Source of the DNA: an uncultured Planctomycetota bacterium | GTDB lineage: Bacteria; Planctomycetota; Planctomycetia; Isosphaerales; Isosphaeraceae | Reading direction: 5' to 3' | DNA: 64,000 bases | Assembly: GCA_963845755.1 (NCBI GenBank) | Contig: CAWJTV010000011.1 | Location: 672,001-736,000, forward strand | Shown: positions 52,378 to 63,500 of the stretch, in pieces | How positions within the stretch are numbered: position 1 is the first letter of the stretch | How the letters are laid out: every line of letters starts with the position of its first letter | The notes under the pieces: generated by a model | The model's input: only the letters and a program-made list of their open reading frames with translations | Told to the model about the DNA's origin: nothing | Databases searched by the model: none | Position numbers and translations under genes: made by a program

Positions 52378-54962
52378 GGAACACTCCCCAGCTTGACGCG
52401 ATTGACCGTGCCTTGCCCGATCGTCCTATCGGAAGGGTTCGGCGGCTTCCCCGGGCCCGTCCGCTGCTGCTTCTGGAACGGCGCCGATTCGATCACCCCC
52501 ACGACCAAGGCCATGGCGCGACCGTCTTCCGCCTCGATCCGCTCCACCAGTCGATCCACAGCGCCCACGTCAGAATAACCGAGACCGCGCCCGAGGGAAT
52601 ACGTGAGCAGCTTCTCGCTCACGCATCGGTAGAACTCGCGGCGATGGTCTTTGACCAGGATTCGTTTCAACTCGCGGACGTTCTGGAACGATTCGCCGGT
52701 GATCAGTCGTCCCGAGGCGTCGATCGGCACCTTCCGTTCCATCTCGCGCCACCGGCCCAGCGCGTCGAAGCTCTCCAGCGCCAGGCCCAGGGGATCCATC
52801 CGATTGTGGCAGGAGCTGCACAAGGCTTCCTTGCGATGCAACGCCAGCGCCTCGCGCAAGGTCGGACTCCGGCCCTGAATCTTCCGGACGGCGGCCTCCA
52901 GCGGCGGGATGTCCGGCGGCGGCGGGGCAGGGGGTGAGCCCAGGATATTATCCAGCAGGAACAGGCCCCGCTTGACGGGCGAGGTCCGATCCGGGTTCGA
53001 GGTGACGATGAGGACGGTCCCCTGGGTCAGCACGCCGCCGCGCGGACTTCCCGGCGGCAGGGAGACCTTGCGCATCGCGTCGCCCTTGACGCCGGGGATC
53101 CCATACTGTTTCGCCAGCGGCTCGTTCAGGAAGGTGTAATCCGAGTCGAGCAGCTCCAGCAGGCTGCGGTCGTTGTGCACGATGTACTCGAAGAGCATCT
53201 CGGATTCCCGGCGCATCGCGCGCCGGAGGTCGCGGGTCAGGTCGAACTCGCGGAAGCGGCGGAATCCCCGGAACAACGAGCTGCGGACCGTTTCGAGCTC
53301 CTTCTTCTCCGCGTCGGTGAGCTGGTCCGTGGGCTTGCCATTCAGCTCTCGAAATCGCGCCCGACGCCGGTCCGCCTCGGGGTCCGGCGCCGCGTCCCGG
53401 CCGATCACGGCGAACGCGTTGATCACGACGGTCTCGATGTCGCGCGCCTGGAGCCATTGGCCCACGAAGTTCCGGACGAATTCGTCCGACCGCGGGTCGG
53501 CGAGCATCCGCTTGACCTGCGCGGAGAGGTCCTTTCTCAGCCGATGTTCGCCGGCCAGGCGGAACAGCTCATCGTCGGGCATGGACGACCAGAGGAAATA
53601 CGAGAGCCGCGACGCCAGGGCATATTCATCAATGAGCGGATACCGTTCCGAGGAGCCTGGCTCGCTGTCCTCCTCGCGGAACAGGAACCTCGGCGATGCC
53701 AGGATCGCCGTGATCGCCTGGGCGATGCCGGCCTCGAACGTCGCCCCTCCCTGGGCGGACGCCCGCTCGGCGAGCGCCGCGAGCCGGTCGACCGTGGCCT
53801 CGTCCACCGGACGCCGGAACGCTCGGGTGGCGAACCGGCGCAGCAACTCGCGGGCATAACGACGGCGCTCCGAGACATCGACCGGCACGGCTCGGGGGAA
53901 GAACCGGCCGTAGGTCGGCGGCTGGGTCCAGTAGCGTTCCTCCAACGGCCCGCGCACGATCAGGCCATTGATCCGGATCGCCAGCGACCGGACCCGTTCC
54001 TTGGCCGGCGTCAGCGGCTGCACTTCGATCGACAGCTCATGATCGCCGGATTGCCAGGCTCGGTCGATTTCGAAGCGGTAGGTCCGGCCTTCTTGCCGCA
54101 CGAAATCACGCCGGAGGCGTTCCTGGCCATCCACCGTGAGGAGGACCCGACACTGGTTGTAGTCGTTGACGCCATCGACGTAGCGTTCGGTTGCCGACAG
54201 GTCCAGGATCAACCGGTAGTGGCCGGCATGCGCGGCCGCGAACGTGGTCGAGACCTTCGCCGACTCGTAATAGGGCAAGGAGAGCGGGCCTTCCTCGTTG
54301 CTGCCGGCGGCCGGGCTCCCGGCGCGGCGAAAGCGTTGACCGGCAATCGTCGTCTCCGTGACGGCGCGCGCCGACATGGGCACGGCTTGCGCGACGATGG
54401 ACCGCGACGCCAGGAGGTACTTCTCCAGCAACATGGGGGAGAGCGTGAGCACGTCACCGATGGTGTCGAACCCGTGCCCGGTGTCATCGGGCGGGAACTC
54501 GGCCGTGGTGTCGAAGTCGACGCCCATCAGCTCGCGAATCGTGTTGCGGTACTCGACCCGGTTGAGCCTGCGGACCGTGACCCGGCCGGGGTCGGGATCG
54601 TCCGGATCGAGCCCGAATGCCCCCGACTTGATCCAGTCCTCGAGGAGCTGCTGCTCCTTCTCCGACGGCCGCGGCTTGCCGGCCGGGGGCATGATGCCGG
54701 ACCGCACGTTCTTCAGCACGGCCCACCAGAACTCCCCGTCGTGAAGCCGGGCCCCGTCCGAGGCCAACCCATCGAGGGTCACGCCCCCTTTTTTCAACCC
54801 GTTGCCATGGCAGGCGAAGCAGTAGTCCTCGAGGATCGGCCGGACCTGCTGGTCGAATCGCGCCTCGACGCGGTCCGCGGCGCCTGCGGTGCGCAGCCAC
54901 GGTTGAAGGAGCGCGGCGAGGATGGCGGCATGACCGATCAGCCAGTACCGGGAAACTCTCAT
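52374..54962 (-). CDS. DUF1592/DUF1588-domain protein with c-type heme motifs
   Basis: YCFACHG, RRLNRVEYRNTIREL, LASRLSYFLWSSMPD, RTSPVKRG, CSSCHNRMDPLG. Confidence 0.93.
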   Translation of the reverse strand: MRVSRYWLIGHAAILAALLQPWLRTAGAADRVEARFDQQVRPILEDYCFACHGNGLKKGGVTLDGLASDGARLHDGEFWWAVLKNVRSGIMPPAGKPRPSEKEQQLLEDWIKSGAFGLDPDDPDPGRVTVRRLNRVEYRNTIRELMGVDFDTTAEFPPDDTGHGFDTIGDVLTLSPMLLEKYLLASRSIVAQAVPMSARAVTETTIAGQRFRRAGSPAAGSNEEGPLSLPYYESAKVSTTFAAAHAGHYRLILDLSATERYVDGVNDYNQCRVLLTVDGQERLRRDFVRQEGRTYRFEIDRAWQSGDHELSIEVQPLTPAKERVRSLAIRINGLIVRGPLEERYWTQPPTYGRFFPRAVPVDVSERRRYARELLRRFATRAFRRPVDEATVDRLAALAERASAQGGATFEAGIAQAITAILASPRFLFREEDSEPGSSERYPLIDEYALASRLSYFLWSSMPDDELFRLAGEHRLRKDLSAQVKRMLADPRSDEFVRNFVGQWLQARDIETVVINAFAVIGRDAAPDPEADRRRARFRELNGKPTDQLTDAEKKELETVRSSLFRGFRRFREFDLTRDLRRAMRRESEMLFEYIVHNDRSLLELLDSDYTFLNEPLAKQYGIPGVKGDAMRKVSLPPGSPRGGVLTQGTVLIVTSNPDRTSPVKRGLFLLDNILGSPPAPPPPDIPPLEAAVRKIQGRSPTLREALALHRKEALCSSCHNRMDPLGLALESFDALGRWREMERKVPIDASGRLITGESFQNVRELKRILVKDHRREFYRCVSEKLLTYSLGRGLGYSDVGAVDRLVERIEAEDGRAMALVVGVIESAPFQKQQRTGPGKPPNPSDRTIGQGTVNRVKLGSVP

Positions 54963-55066
54963 GGAATCAGCGCCTCCGGAGGGAAGGACGAGGCGGGTCG
55001 GGTCGCTTCCGTCCCAGTATACTGCTTGTGATCGGCGACTCCACGGCTTTCCGGGAGGAAATCCGC

Positions 55067-58000
55067 TCAGCCGCGGGTCTCGTCGGCACCTGGCCCGGGG
55101 CTCGAAGTCTTCAAGTCCACCCCAGCCCAACCGAAGAATTCCGGGGCCTCGCGGCCTACGGTCGGCATCGCGCCGACGTCGTGCGCCCCGTGAGCCCAGA
55201 GGACACGGCCGGTGTCGAGATCCCAGAGCGCCGAGAGGCCGCAGGTGGACCAGTCGTCCTCGGTCCAGTGGGCGAACGGCTTGCTCCAGAGCTCGATGCG
55301 CAGGCAACAGGGCAAAGATACGGGGCACCCGGAATTGGGTCCGGAGCGCCTTCGCGTGACGGCGCCGGATCTCGTGCAAATCGGGGAACAGGAATGGGAC
55401 GACGCCTAGCGGAAAAACCCGACGGTCCGTCCTCCAAGTGGGACAATCGCGCCTCAGGGCGCCCAGCGGAATGGCCACCATGGGGAATGTCAGATCGTAG
55501 CCTTTGCGGACTAACGGTTCGGGGCATTCCCTTCTCGATCGCTGAAATGCACATTACGCCCGTCCTGCTCCAGTTCGAAGTCCACGAGTCCTGGGCCGGC
55601 AAGGATCGCGCCCCCGATTTGGCCCTTCAAAGAATCACACGCGAATGGCGGCCAGCTAGTCGACAGATCCGGTAGGAATGCTTGACTCATAAACGAGCCA
55701 GTGGAAAATTCAATATCAATGAGGTCGCGGGCGAGGTCGCGAGCGCGGGGGAGGGCGAGGTCGCGGTCGCGGGCGAGAGCGAGATCGCGGGCGAGGTCGC
55801 GGGCGAGGTCGCGAGCGCGGGGGAGGGCGAGGTCGCGGTCGCGGACGATGTCGCGGACGAGGGCGAGGGTGAGAGTGAGGGCGAGGTCGCGGTCGCGGGC
55901 GAGGTCGCGGGCGAGGTCGCGGTCGCGGTCGTGGGCGATAGCGAGGACGAGGTCGCGGGTGATCGACTGAAGTAACTTCGTAAATTGATATAAAATAATA
56001 TTATGAGATTCTGCCTTCCAGGACATCTCACAAGCGCACATCAGGTCAAAATGGCGTAACGCCGCCCGCGTTGGGCCTGGCCGCCCAATTCCCGTTTTCC
56101 AACGAAAGCCGGACGCCAGGTTCTTCCGCAGGCCAGGTCTGCGATCATCCAATGCAGCGCTCGGCGCTGCCAATCCTCGCCCGAAGAAAGCTTCCATCGT
56201 TTGTCCCCAACTCTCACGATCCGTCGGTGCGATCGTTCGTCTTCGATCGGCCGTGAGACCGGGAACCGCGGAACCGCGCAGATCGATCCAGACCCGGGTC
56301 CCGACGGCTGGCGCGATCTCCAATCGCGATCGAGCGATTTCGTCCCTTTCGACATTCATCCCCTGCACCACTACACGCGATCGCGCACCGCCCTCAAGCA
56401 GTGGTTCCACGAATGACGCCAATTCACCCTGTCGGCACAACTTCTTGCCCTCGTCCGCATCCACGGGCAGGTCCGGACCTTCCGGGGGTCGGTAATTGCG
56501 CGGGAACCACAGCCGGATGCGGCTACCGGTCGCCTCGGGCCCTTCACAGTCCTCCCAATCCCAGAAACCCCATTTGGGATCGCCAAGGAACGAGCTCGGA
56601 CACTCCCATTCCTTGGCCTTCTCGATGACCGCTTCTCGATTGATCGGCGCCAGCGTGTCGATATGGAAACGGTCGTCGATCCGAATGGCCGCTCCCCCGG
56701 GAACGCGAATCTCAATCGGATATCGGGGCCAGACGACATGAGCAGCGGCAATGAAGGGCGGACATCGATCACCCCAGCTCCTGGGTTGTATTGCTCTCCC
56801 CTCTCGTAACCGAAGTGATGTCGTAACGCCGGAAGGAACGCCTGTGCGTTGTGTTCGAGGCGGAATCGCGATTTGAGGAAGAGTTTGATCTCGGTTCCCT
56901 GGCGTTTCTCGTCGGAGCCAGAACAAACTTCCGGGACCGGAGATCGTGATGTCGCGCGGGGTGCGGTCGGTGTCGTTCGCACCGCCGGGGCAGGTGCGGA
57001 CCTCCAGGCGATCGGCAATCATGAAGCATGAGAGGATCCCGATGCCGAAGATCGAGATCGGGGACGTGATCAGGTTGGCGTTCCGCAACAAGGCCCGCTC
57101 CCGATGATAATCGGGACTGCGGTAGTAGCATCTTGCCGACCTGGGTGAAGAACCGTGTGATGACGTCCTCCGTCATCCCCACCCCATTGTCCTCCACCAG
57201 CAGGTACTCCTGACCCGAGGTCGCGTCGTGTCCCCAGGTCAGAATGACTTGCAGTGCTTCACTCGACAAGGAAGCGGATCGATCTTCTCGTGCGGCGTCT
57301 CGCCTCGTGCGAGCATCTTCAGTCGGAGATCTCGCAACTCCAGGGCATCGAGGGCATTCTGGAGGAGCTCGCGGAGGATGAAGGATGAGTCAGACGTAAG
57401 CGACTCACCCATCAGCAGCTTTTGGATCTCGTCCTGGTCGAGCTGGAAATTGAGGTCGCGGTACGTGTAGATGGGCCTACCATGCTCCTCTTTGGCCGTG
57501 ATGGTCAGCTCGACTTTGCGAGGCAGGTGAATCCCGTACCGCCAACTCCCCAGGTTTAGCAACGGGCCACGCTGCCAGTCGAGTTCCTCACGCACGTCGC
57601 GGATCTCGGTATCGATCGAGGAGACGAAATCGCGAATGCTTTTCTCGTAGACCGGGTGGTGGCATTGGTGTGCAGAGTACTCGAGCCGCGGTTCGCCGGA
57701 CGGGAGCGTTGCTAAATTCCAGCCGTTGATCGCGAGGTGTTTGTTCCACTCCTTCAGGCTGAACTGGCGTTTTCATCCTACATCCTTTCGCGGAGTGGCT
57801 GGGGTCAAGCCGAGTCGGCCGGCCGGAGGAGTAGCCCCGCAAAAGTCAGGTTGACCGCTCACCGCTACCAATCAGGACCGAGAAGCCGGTATCTTTCTTG
57901 ACCAATTGGTTCAGTCTGTAGCGCAGCCAGCCTGCGCCATGCCCATGGCTGGCGCCGATCAGCACCGGCCAGCGCTGATAGTCGATGCCCGCATAGGCGA

Positions 58001-58330
58001 ACAGGGATGCGTTGTTCGCGACATCCGGTGCTTTCATGGCATCGAGCCATCGATTGATCCGGCTCGTTGTGTCGTCGTCGGTGTGGGTGACGCGAATGTA
58101 CTCCGCGAGGATGTGCGTCTCGATGGCTTGCGGCTCGATCTCGGTCGCCCGGAGCATTGGACTGGCTCAACCGATCGATCTGCCGAACGTCTTCGCCGAA
58201 GCCGTCGCGGAACCGGAGATAGTGCTGTCGCTGGGTAGACTGGCTTTGAGCATCGGTAATGGCCTGGTGCTCTTCGACGGTGAACGCCATGCCCAGGTCA
58301 TGAGTGTACGCGGCCAGGAGTGCCTCGGAG
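55067..58330 (-). pseudogene. Decayed HD-domain (HD-CE-like) plus HSP90-type GHKL ATPase gene
   Basis: Across several frames: AAYTHDLGM, ASHG, LLLRPAD, SLKEWNKHLAINGW, CHHPVYEKSIRDF, LRELLQNALDA, EDNGVGM, FGIGILSCFM. Confidence 0.8.
55721..55960 (-). repeat. Coding low-complexity repeat (ARDL/RDRDLAL) built from GAGGTCGCGGGC units
   Basis: 6/12-nt periodicity and a 52-bp direct repeat at 55721 and 55793. Confidence 0.9.
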
Positions 58331-59946
58331 ACGACGATCGGCACTCGGCGGCGACCCTTCGGGTGCCCGGAGGCCCGCGTCGAACGCAGGACGGAGGCCG
58401 CCTGAAGGCGGACATCCCGCAAGATGCGCGGAATCGGAGGTGGGATGTCCGGCTTCCGCCGGTCCGCCGGTCGAGGGATCGTGCCCGGAACGACCCGACC
58501 CGGCGACCCGCTGGGTTCGTTTTGCCAGTCCGAATGAGCCGACGGGGCCGTCGGTTCGTTTTGCGGATCGTGATGGCCGCCGCGCGCGGCACCCCAGAGC
58601 AGCAGGAGCATCGCCACCGAGACCAGGCCACCCAGAACCGGCAGCCTCTGACGAGGGATCTCCGGCGGGGGTCCCGTGGGTTCATCGCGGTCGGTCGGAA
58701 GCGGGACCGCCGGGGTCGTGGGTTCGTTTTGCGAGCTCGCGGGGTCGAGCGGCGGGCCCGCAGGCTCGGACGCGTGATCCGCAGGGTCGTCCGTTGGACT
58801 CGCGACCGTCTCGCGGGGCGCCGGCTCGGCGCCGGTCGAGTTGGCCGGAGTCGCCACTGGAGACGCCGGGGCCTCGGAATCGGGACACGATTCGGCTTCG
58901 GCTTCCGCTTCCACGCCCACGCCGGACTTGCGGACCTTGACGAGCGTATCAATACTGCGGCACAGCGACCGATCGCACGAGAACTCGTACCGGCGCAAGC
59001 GTTCGCCCTCGGCGCCGGGGTCGAACGACAGCCGGGCGGCCACGTCGTCAGCCTCGGCGCGGCGGCGATGCTCGGCGGCGATCGGCTCCAGCCGCGCGAT
59101 CGCCCGGTCGGCGACGCTCCGGAACGCGGCGATCGTCTCGGCTTCCGGCGCCGGCAGCCGCTCATCCAACTGCCGCAGCAGCCAGCGATCCCAGCGGTCC
59201 TCCCGCTCCAGGTCGAGGTCGTCCGGCACCGTGATGTCGGCACAGCACTGGAACGGATCCACGACCTTGTGGCAACCACTCCGGTCCAGCGGTCGTTTTC
59301 CCAGGAGGCGGACGGCATTGACCTGCTGCTCGTGCGACCAGGGGCGGCCCCTGTCGAGCTCGGCGCGGAGCTCGGCCCAGCGGTCGAGCAGCCATCGGCA
59401 GCCGGCGGCCGTCGATTCGAGCCGGAAGACGATGGCCTGGGGATGGTCGAGCAGGTCGAGGTGGCCGGGGCCCTTGGCCGAGTCCGGCCCGGTACCCAGG
59501 ACGTTGAGGATGTTCTCCATCAGGCCGGGTTCGGCGTCCTGGCCGCGTCCGCTCAAGAGCCAGAAGCCCAGCGCGACGGCCACTTCTTGCTCGCGCCGGG
59601 CCTCAGCCGCCGGGACCGAGGTGATGAGGTGGGCGAGCCGGGCGGCCTCGGCCCGATCGGCCCGTTCCAGCTTCCAGTGGGCGTGCACCGCGCGTTCAAT
59701 CAGGGCCTGTTCGATTTCCGAACGGGGCTGAACCTCGGCGGTCCAGGCGTTGAGCCGCGCCTGGAACGCCTGGGAATCCTCGCCGGGCAAGATGTGGGTT
59801 TTGGCGGTCATGCCGTGTTTGACGGCATTGAACTTCGACCGTTGCTTCCCTTGAGGCGTGGACGGCCCTTTACTCATACGGCCGTTACGCCGGCTGATCT
59901 CGGCTCGATCGAGTTTGGTCGCGGTCGTAGCGGTTGTGACGGTCAT
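58330..59946 (-). CDS. Uncharacterised protein with an N-terminal SxGPxTxxGKxRSxxNAxKHG motif and C-terminal QNEP repeats
   Basis: ISRRNGRMSKGPSTPQGKQRSKFNAVKHGMTA; RLRRYE..CDRSL; QNEP x3. The frame runs on into the HD remnant. Confidence 0.7.
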
Positions 59947-60309
59947 GATGCTGAGGCCCCGGTGCGCTGGCGACGGCCGTCGTGATCGTGCGGATGTCGA
60001 CTTCGATACCCTCCACTGGGTATGATCCGCACATCCCCGCTTTTAGTTGCATGAATTTTCTTGGATATGACATTTTTTGGGGCTTTACACCACCGGATTC
60101 TTGACGCAACCCGAAATGAGCCAACGACTTTAGTCTCGTCGCCAAGCTCTGGGTGGGAATGCCGTCTGGGACACTCCCGCGTCCACGCGCTCGGCGTGGG
60201 TCTCCTGACCCCGCCGCGAGCCGGATCGAATTCTCGACTGTCAACGATCCGGATCGTTCGTGATCCATCGGAGTGGGAAGAGTTGCGTTCGTGCGGTCGT
60301 TGGGGGGTA

Positions 60310-60377
60310 AGACGCGGTTTCAAGAGGGGACAGGCACCTCGAAGACTCGGAGCCAGTCCCCTCTTGAAACCGCGTCT
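60310..60377. repeat. GGGGAC...GTCCCC palindromic repeat (intact copy)
   Basis: Perfect 22-bp IR AGACGCGGTTTCAAGAGGGGAC at 60310-60331 / 60356-60377. Confidence 0.85.
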
Positions 60378-60592
60378 AAGCGTACAAGGCCGTATGGAGG
60401 GATCCGACCGCCGGCACGGGAACGTCTGCGTCGATGTCCGCGCGGCACATGAGCGTGGACCGGCGAAGCGTGGCGCTCCGGGGCGGCGAGGAGCCAGCGT
60501 TCGCCGTCGAGGGATTCCCCACGTGCGAAGTCGCTCGGAACTCGGCCCGTCCGAGCATTTCGCACCGCGGGGCGATCCGAAAGCCGTCGCTT

Positions 60593-63500
60593 CTACCGGA
60601 CCCGATCGAGGGGCCCTCTCTCAAGGAGTGCATCGACGGCTCGAGCCGCGGGGCTGACACGTCCTGGCGTCGCCTGCCGCGTTCCCTGGACAGGATCGCC
60701 GGACCCCGAATGGACCGCCCGGTTCGACTTCACCTTCGGGGTCCTCGAGCCGAAGATCGGGCCGTTGACGTCTGCCCGGCCTGCCAGCATCTTCCCGGCG
60801 ATCCGGCCGACGTAATCACCCCCCGGCCGGCCGTCCTGATCGCCGTCGATCAGTTTGCCGGACCGATCGGTCAGGCCGTGCGGCCCGCTTCCAAGGATGA
60901 CGAGCCGATAGGGGCGGTGGAGGTTCAGTCGGGACTTGGTGTGCACCATCACGACCTCGGTGCTCGGGTCGTAGATGACCGACTCGATCGCGATGGGAGG
61001 ATCCGCTCTTCGGCCCGCACGCGGATCCCTGATGACGTAGTTGGCCCGGTTTGCCGCGCGCGCGGAGTCGAGCGCTCCGCTGAAGTTGATGACGAACCAC
61101 GTCGGCTGGGCGTGGAATCCAAAGCGCCGGACCCGCACGACCGTGGGCCCATCGACGACAGAGGGCGATCCGCTGGAATTCGGGCTCGAGCTGGTCGTCG
61201 AGGTCGACGTCGAACTGGAAGCCGCAACCGCATCGGTCCGCGTGGCGGTGTTCTTGACCGTGTTGGATTCGGTCTCGGCCGCGCCGACCTGGGCCGTGGT
61301 CGTGATCGAGCCCGCGGTTCTCGGCGTGACGACGACCGTCAGGACAGTGTGGGCATCTTCGGACACCTGACCCAGGTTGAATGTCAGGACGCCATCCACC
61401 GGCGCGACGTTGCCCGTCGCCCGGACGAAGTCCACACCGGGTGGCAGCGTGTCGGTCAGCGTCACCTGGGTGGCCGCGGCCGCGTCGCTATTGGTGACCG
61501 TGATCGTATAGGTCAGTTCTTGCCCGACTTTCACCGTTTCCGGGGCCTCGGCGATCGAGACGGACAGGTCTGGGACTTTCGTCGGAGGCGGTGCCTGGAT
61601 CGTGGTCTCGCGGCTCGTCGAGTTGTTCGACGTGTCGGGATCCGCCACGCTCCCCGAGATCGAGGCCGAATCGGTGAGCGTGCCGGCCGATGTCGGCGTC
61701 ACGACGATCGTCAGCGTCGTTTGAGCACCATTGGCCAGGGTGCCGAGCGCGAAGGTCAGCGTGCCATTGGCCGGCGTGACGCCGCCGGGGGCCGAGACGA
61801 AGGTTACTCCCGCGGGCAGGGTGTCGGCCACGGTCACATCCTGGGCCGCATCCGGACCGTGGTTGGTGACGGTCACCGTCTCGGTGAGGTTGCCGCCCAG
61901 CGTCAGCGGGTCGGGAGCGGCGGAGACGGCGACGGACAGGTCCGCTGAAGGGGTTGGCGGCGCTGTCGGCGCCTGGACCGTCGCCGCGCGGCTGTCGGAA
62001 TTGTTCGACGTGTCGGGATCCGTCACGCTCCCGGAGACCGAGGCCGAATCGGTGAACGTACCGGTCGCGGTCGGCGTCACGACGATCGTGACCGTCGTCT
62101 GAGCGCCGTCGGCCAGGGTGCCGAGCGCGAAGGTCAGCGTGCCATTGACCGGCGTGACGCCGCCGGTGGCCGAGACGAACGTCACGCCCGCGGGCAGGGT
62201 GTCGGTCACGGTTACGTCCTGGGCCGGATTGGGGCCGTGGTTGGTGACGGTCAGTCCATAAGTCAGGTGGCCGTCGCCCAGCGTCAGCGGGTCGGGAGCC
62301 GCGGTCACGGCGATGGTCAAATCGGCCGACGGGGCCTGCTCGGTCGTCGTGGCGACGGTTGCCGAATACTCCGAGGTATTGCCCGACGGATCGGTCGCCG
62401 TGGCCGCGACGAAGTTGGGGGTTCCGGTGAACGGGACGGTGAAGCTGCCGTTGCCGCTCGGGTCCGTCGGCACGTCGATGGAGCCCAGGAGTGTTTGACC
62501 CACTCCGCGGGCCGAAGAGTCGGCCGTACCATTGCCGAAGAACTCGATGTGAAACGTCGAGTTGGGCGTGCTGTTGAGCGTGCCGACGATGGTCGTGCTG
62601 TCGCCGACGATCGTGGCCGAGGTGATCACCGGGTCGTTCTGGAGGCCGTTGGGTCCCGTGTCGGAGTCGCCCGGGTCATTCGGTGTCGGTGAAATGCCGT
62701 TGCCGAGGCTGATGCCCAGGTAGCTGTTGTCGAAGAGGGAGTTGGAAAGGATGCTCGTCCCCTGGCCGCCAGAGCCGACGAGGACCCCGTCACGTTGATT
62801 ATTGGTGATGGTGTTGGAGAGGATGCTCGTCCCCTGGGAACTCGAGACGCCGATCCCGGCGAATTGGCTATAGGCGATGACGTTGCCCGCCCCGGCGGCA
62901 GAGCCGCCGACCGTGTTGCCGGACCCATTGATCCCGATGCCGTTGACGCCATTGCCCAGGGCGGCGCCCGAGGCGGTCGTTCCGATGAGATTCCCCTGGA
63001 CGAGGTTCGAAGACGTATTCGCGGCGGTTCCCGAGATCTCGATGCCATCCCCGCCGTTGCCCGAGATGATGTTGCGCGCCGCGGGCGTGGTTCCCCCGAT
63101 CGTATTGTTCGAGCTCTGGTTGATCAGCACGCCGTCATCGCCGAAGTTGGGCTGAGCGGTGGATCCCGAAGCGTCGGTGCCGATGAAATCTCCTTCGATC
63201 AGGTTGCCGCCGTTCCCGGACAAGCGGATCCCGACGCCCGAGTAGACACTGCGATTGATGACCAGCCCACGGACGACGGAGTTGCCGGCGGTGATCTGCA
63301 GCCCATAGCCGACCCCATCGAGCTCGATGAGCCGGACCGCATTGTCGCCGTTTGTCTGTGTATTGGGGCTGGCACCCGGCTGGGTGTAGCCGTCGATGAT
63401 CACCGGGTCGGTGATCGTCGGCAGGGCCGAGGCCAGGTCGATCGTTTGCACGCCCGAACCGGGGATGTTGAACGCGATCGTATCGGTGCCCGGCACGGTG

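Noticed and set aside
55721..55960. CRISPR array
   Set aside because: Contiguous 6/12-nt coding units with no unique spacers and no cas genes.
61230..62330. Long DNA direct repeats as a mobile or array feature
   Set aside because: They are explained by tandem DUF11 domains in the surface protein.
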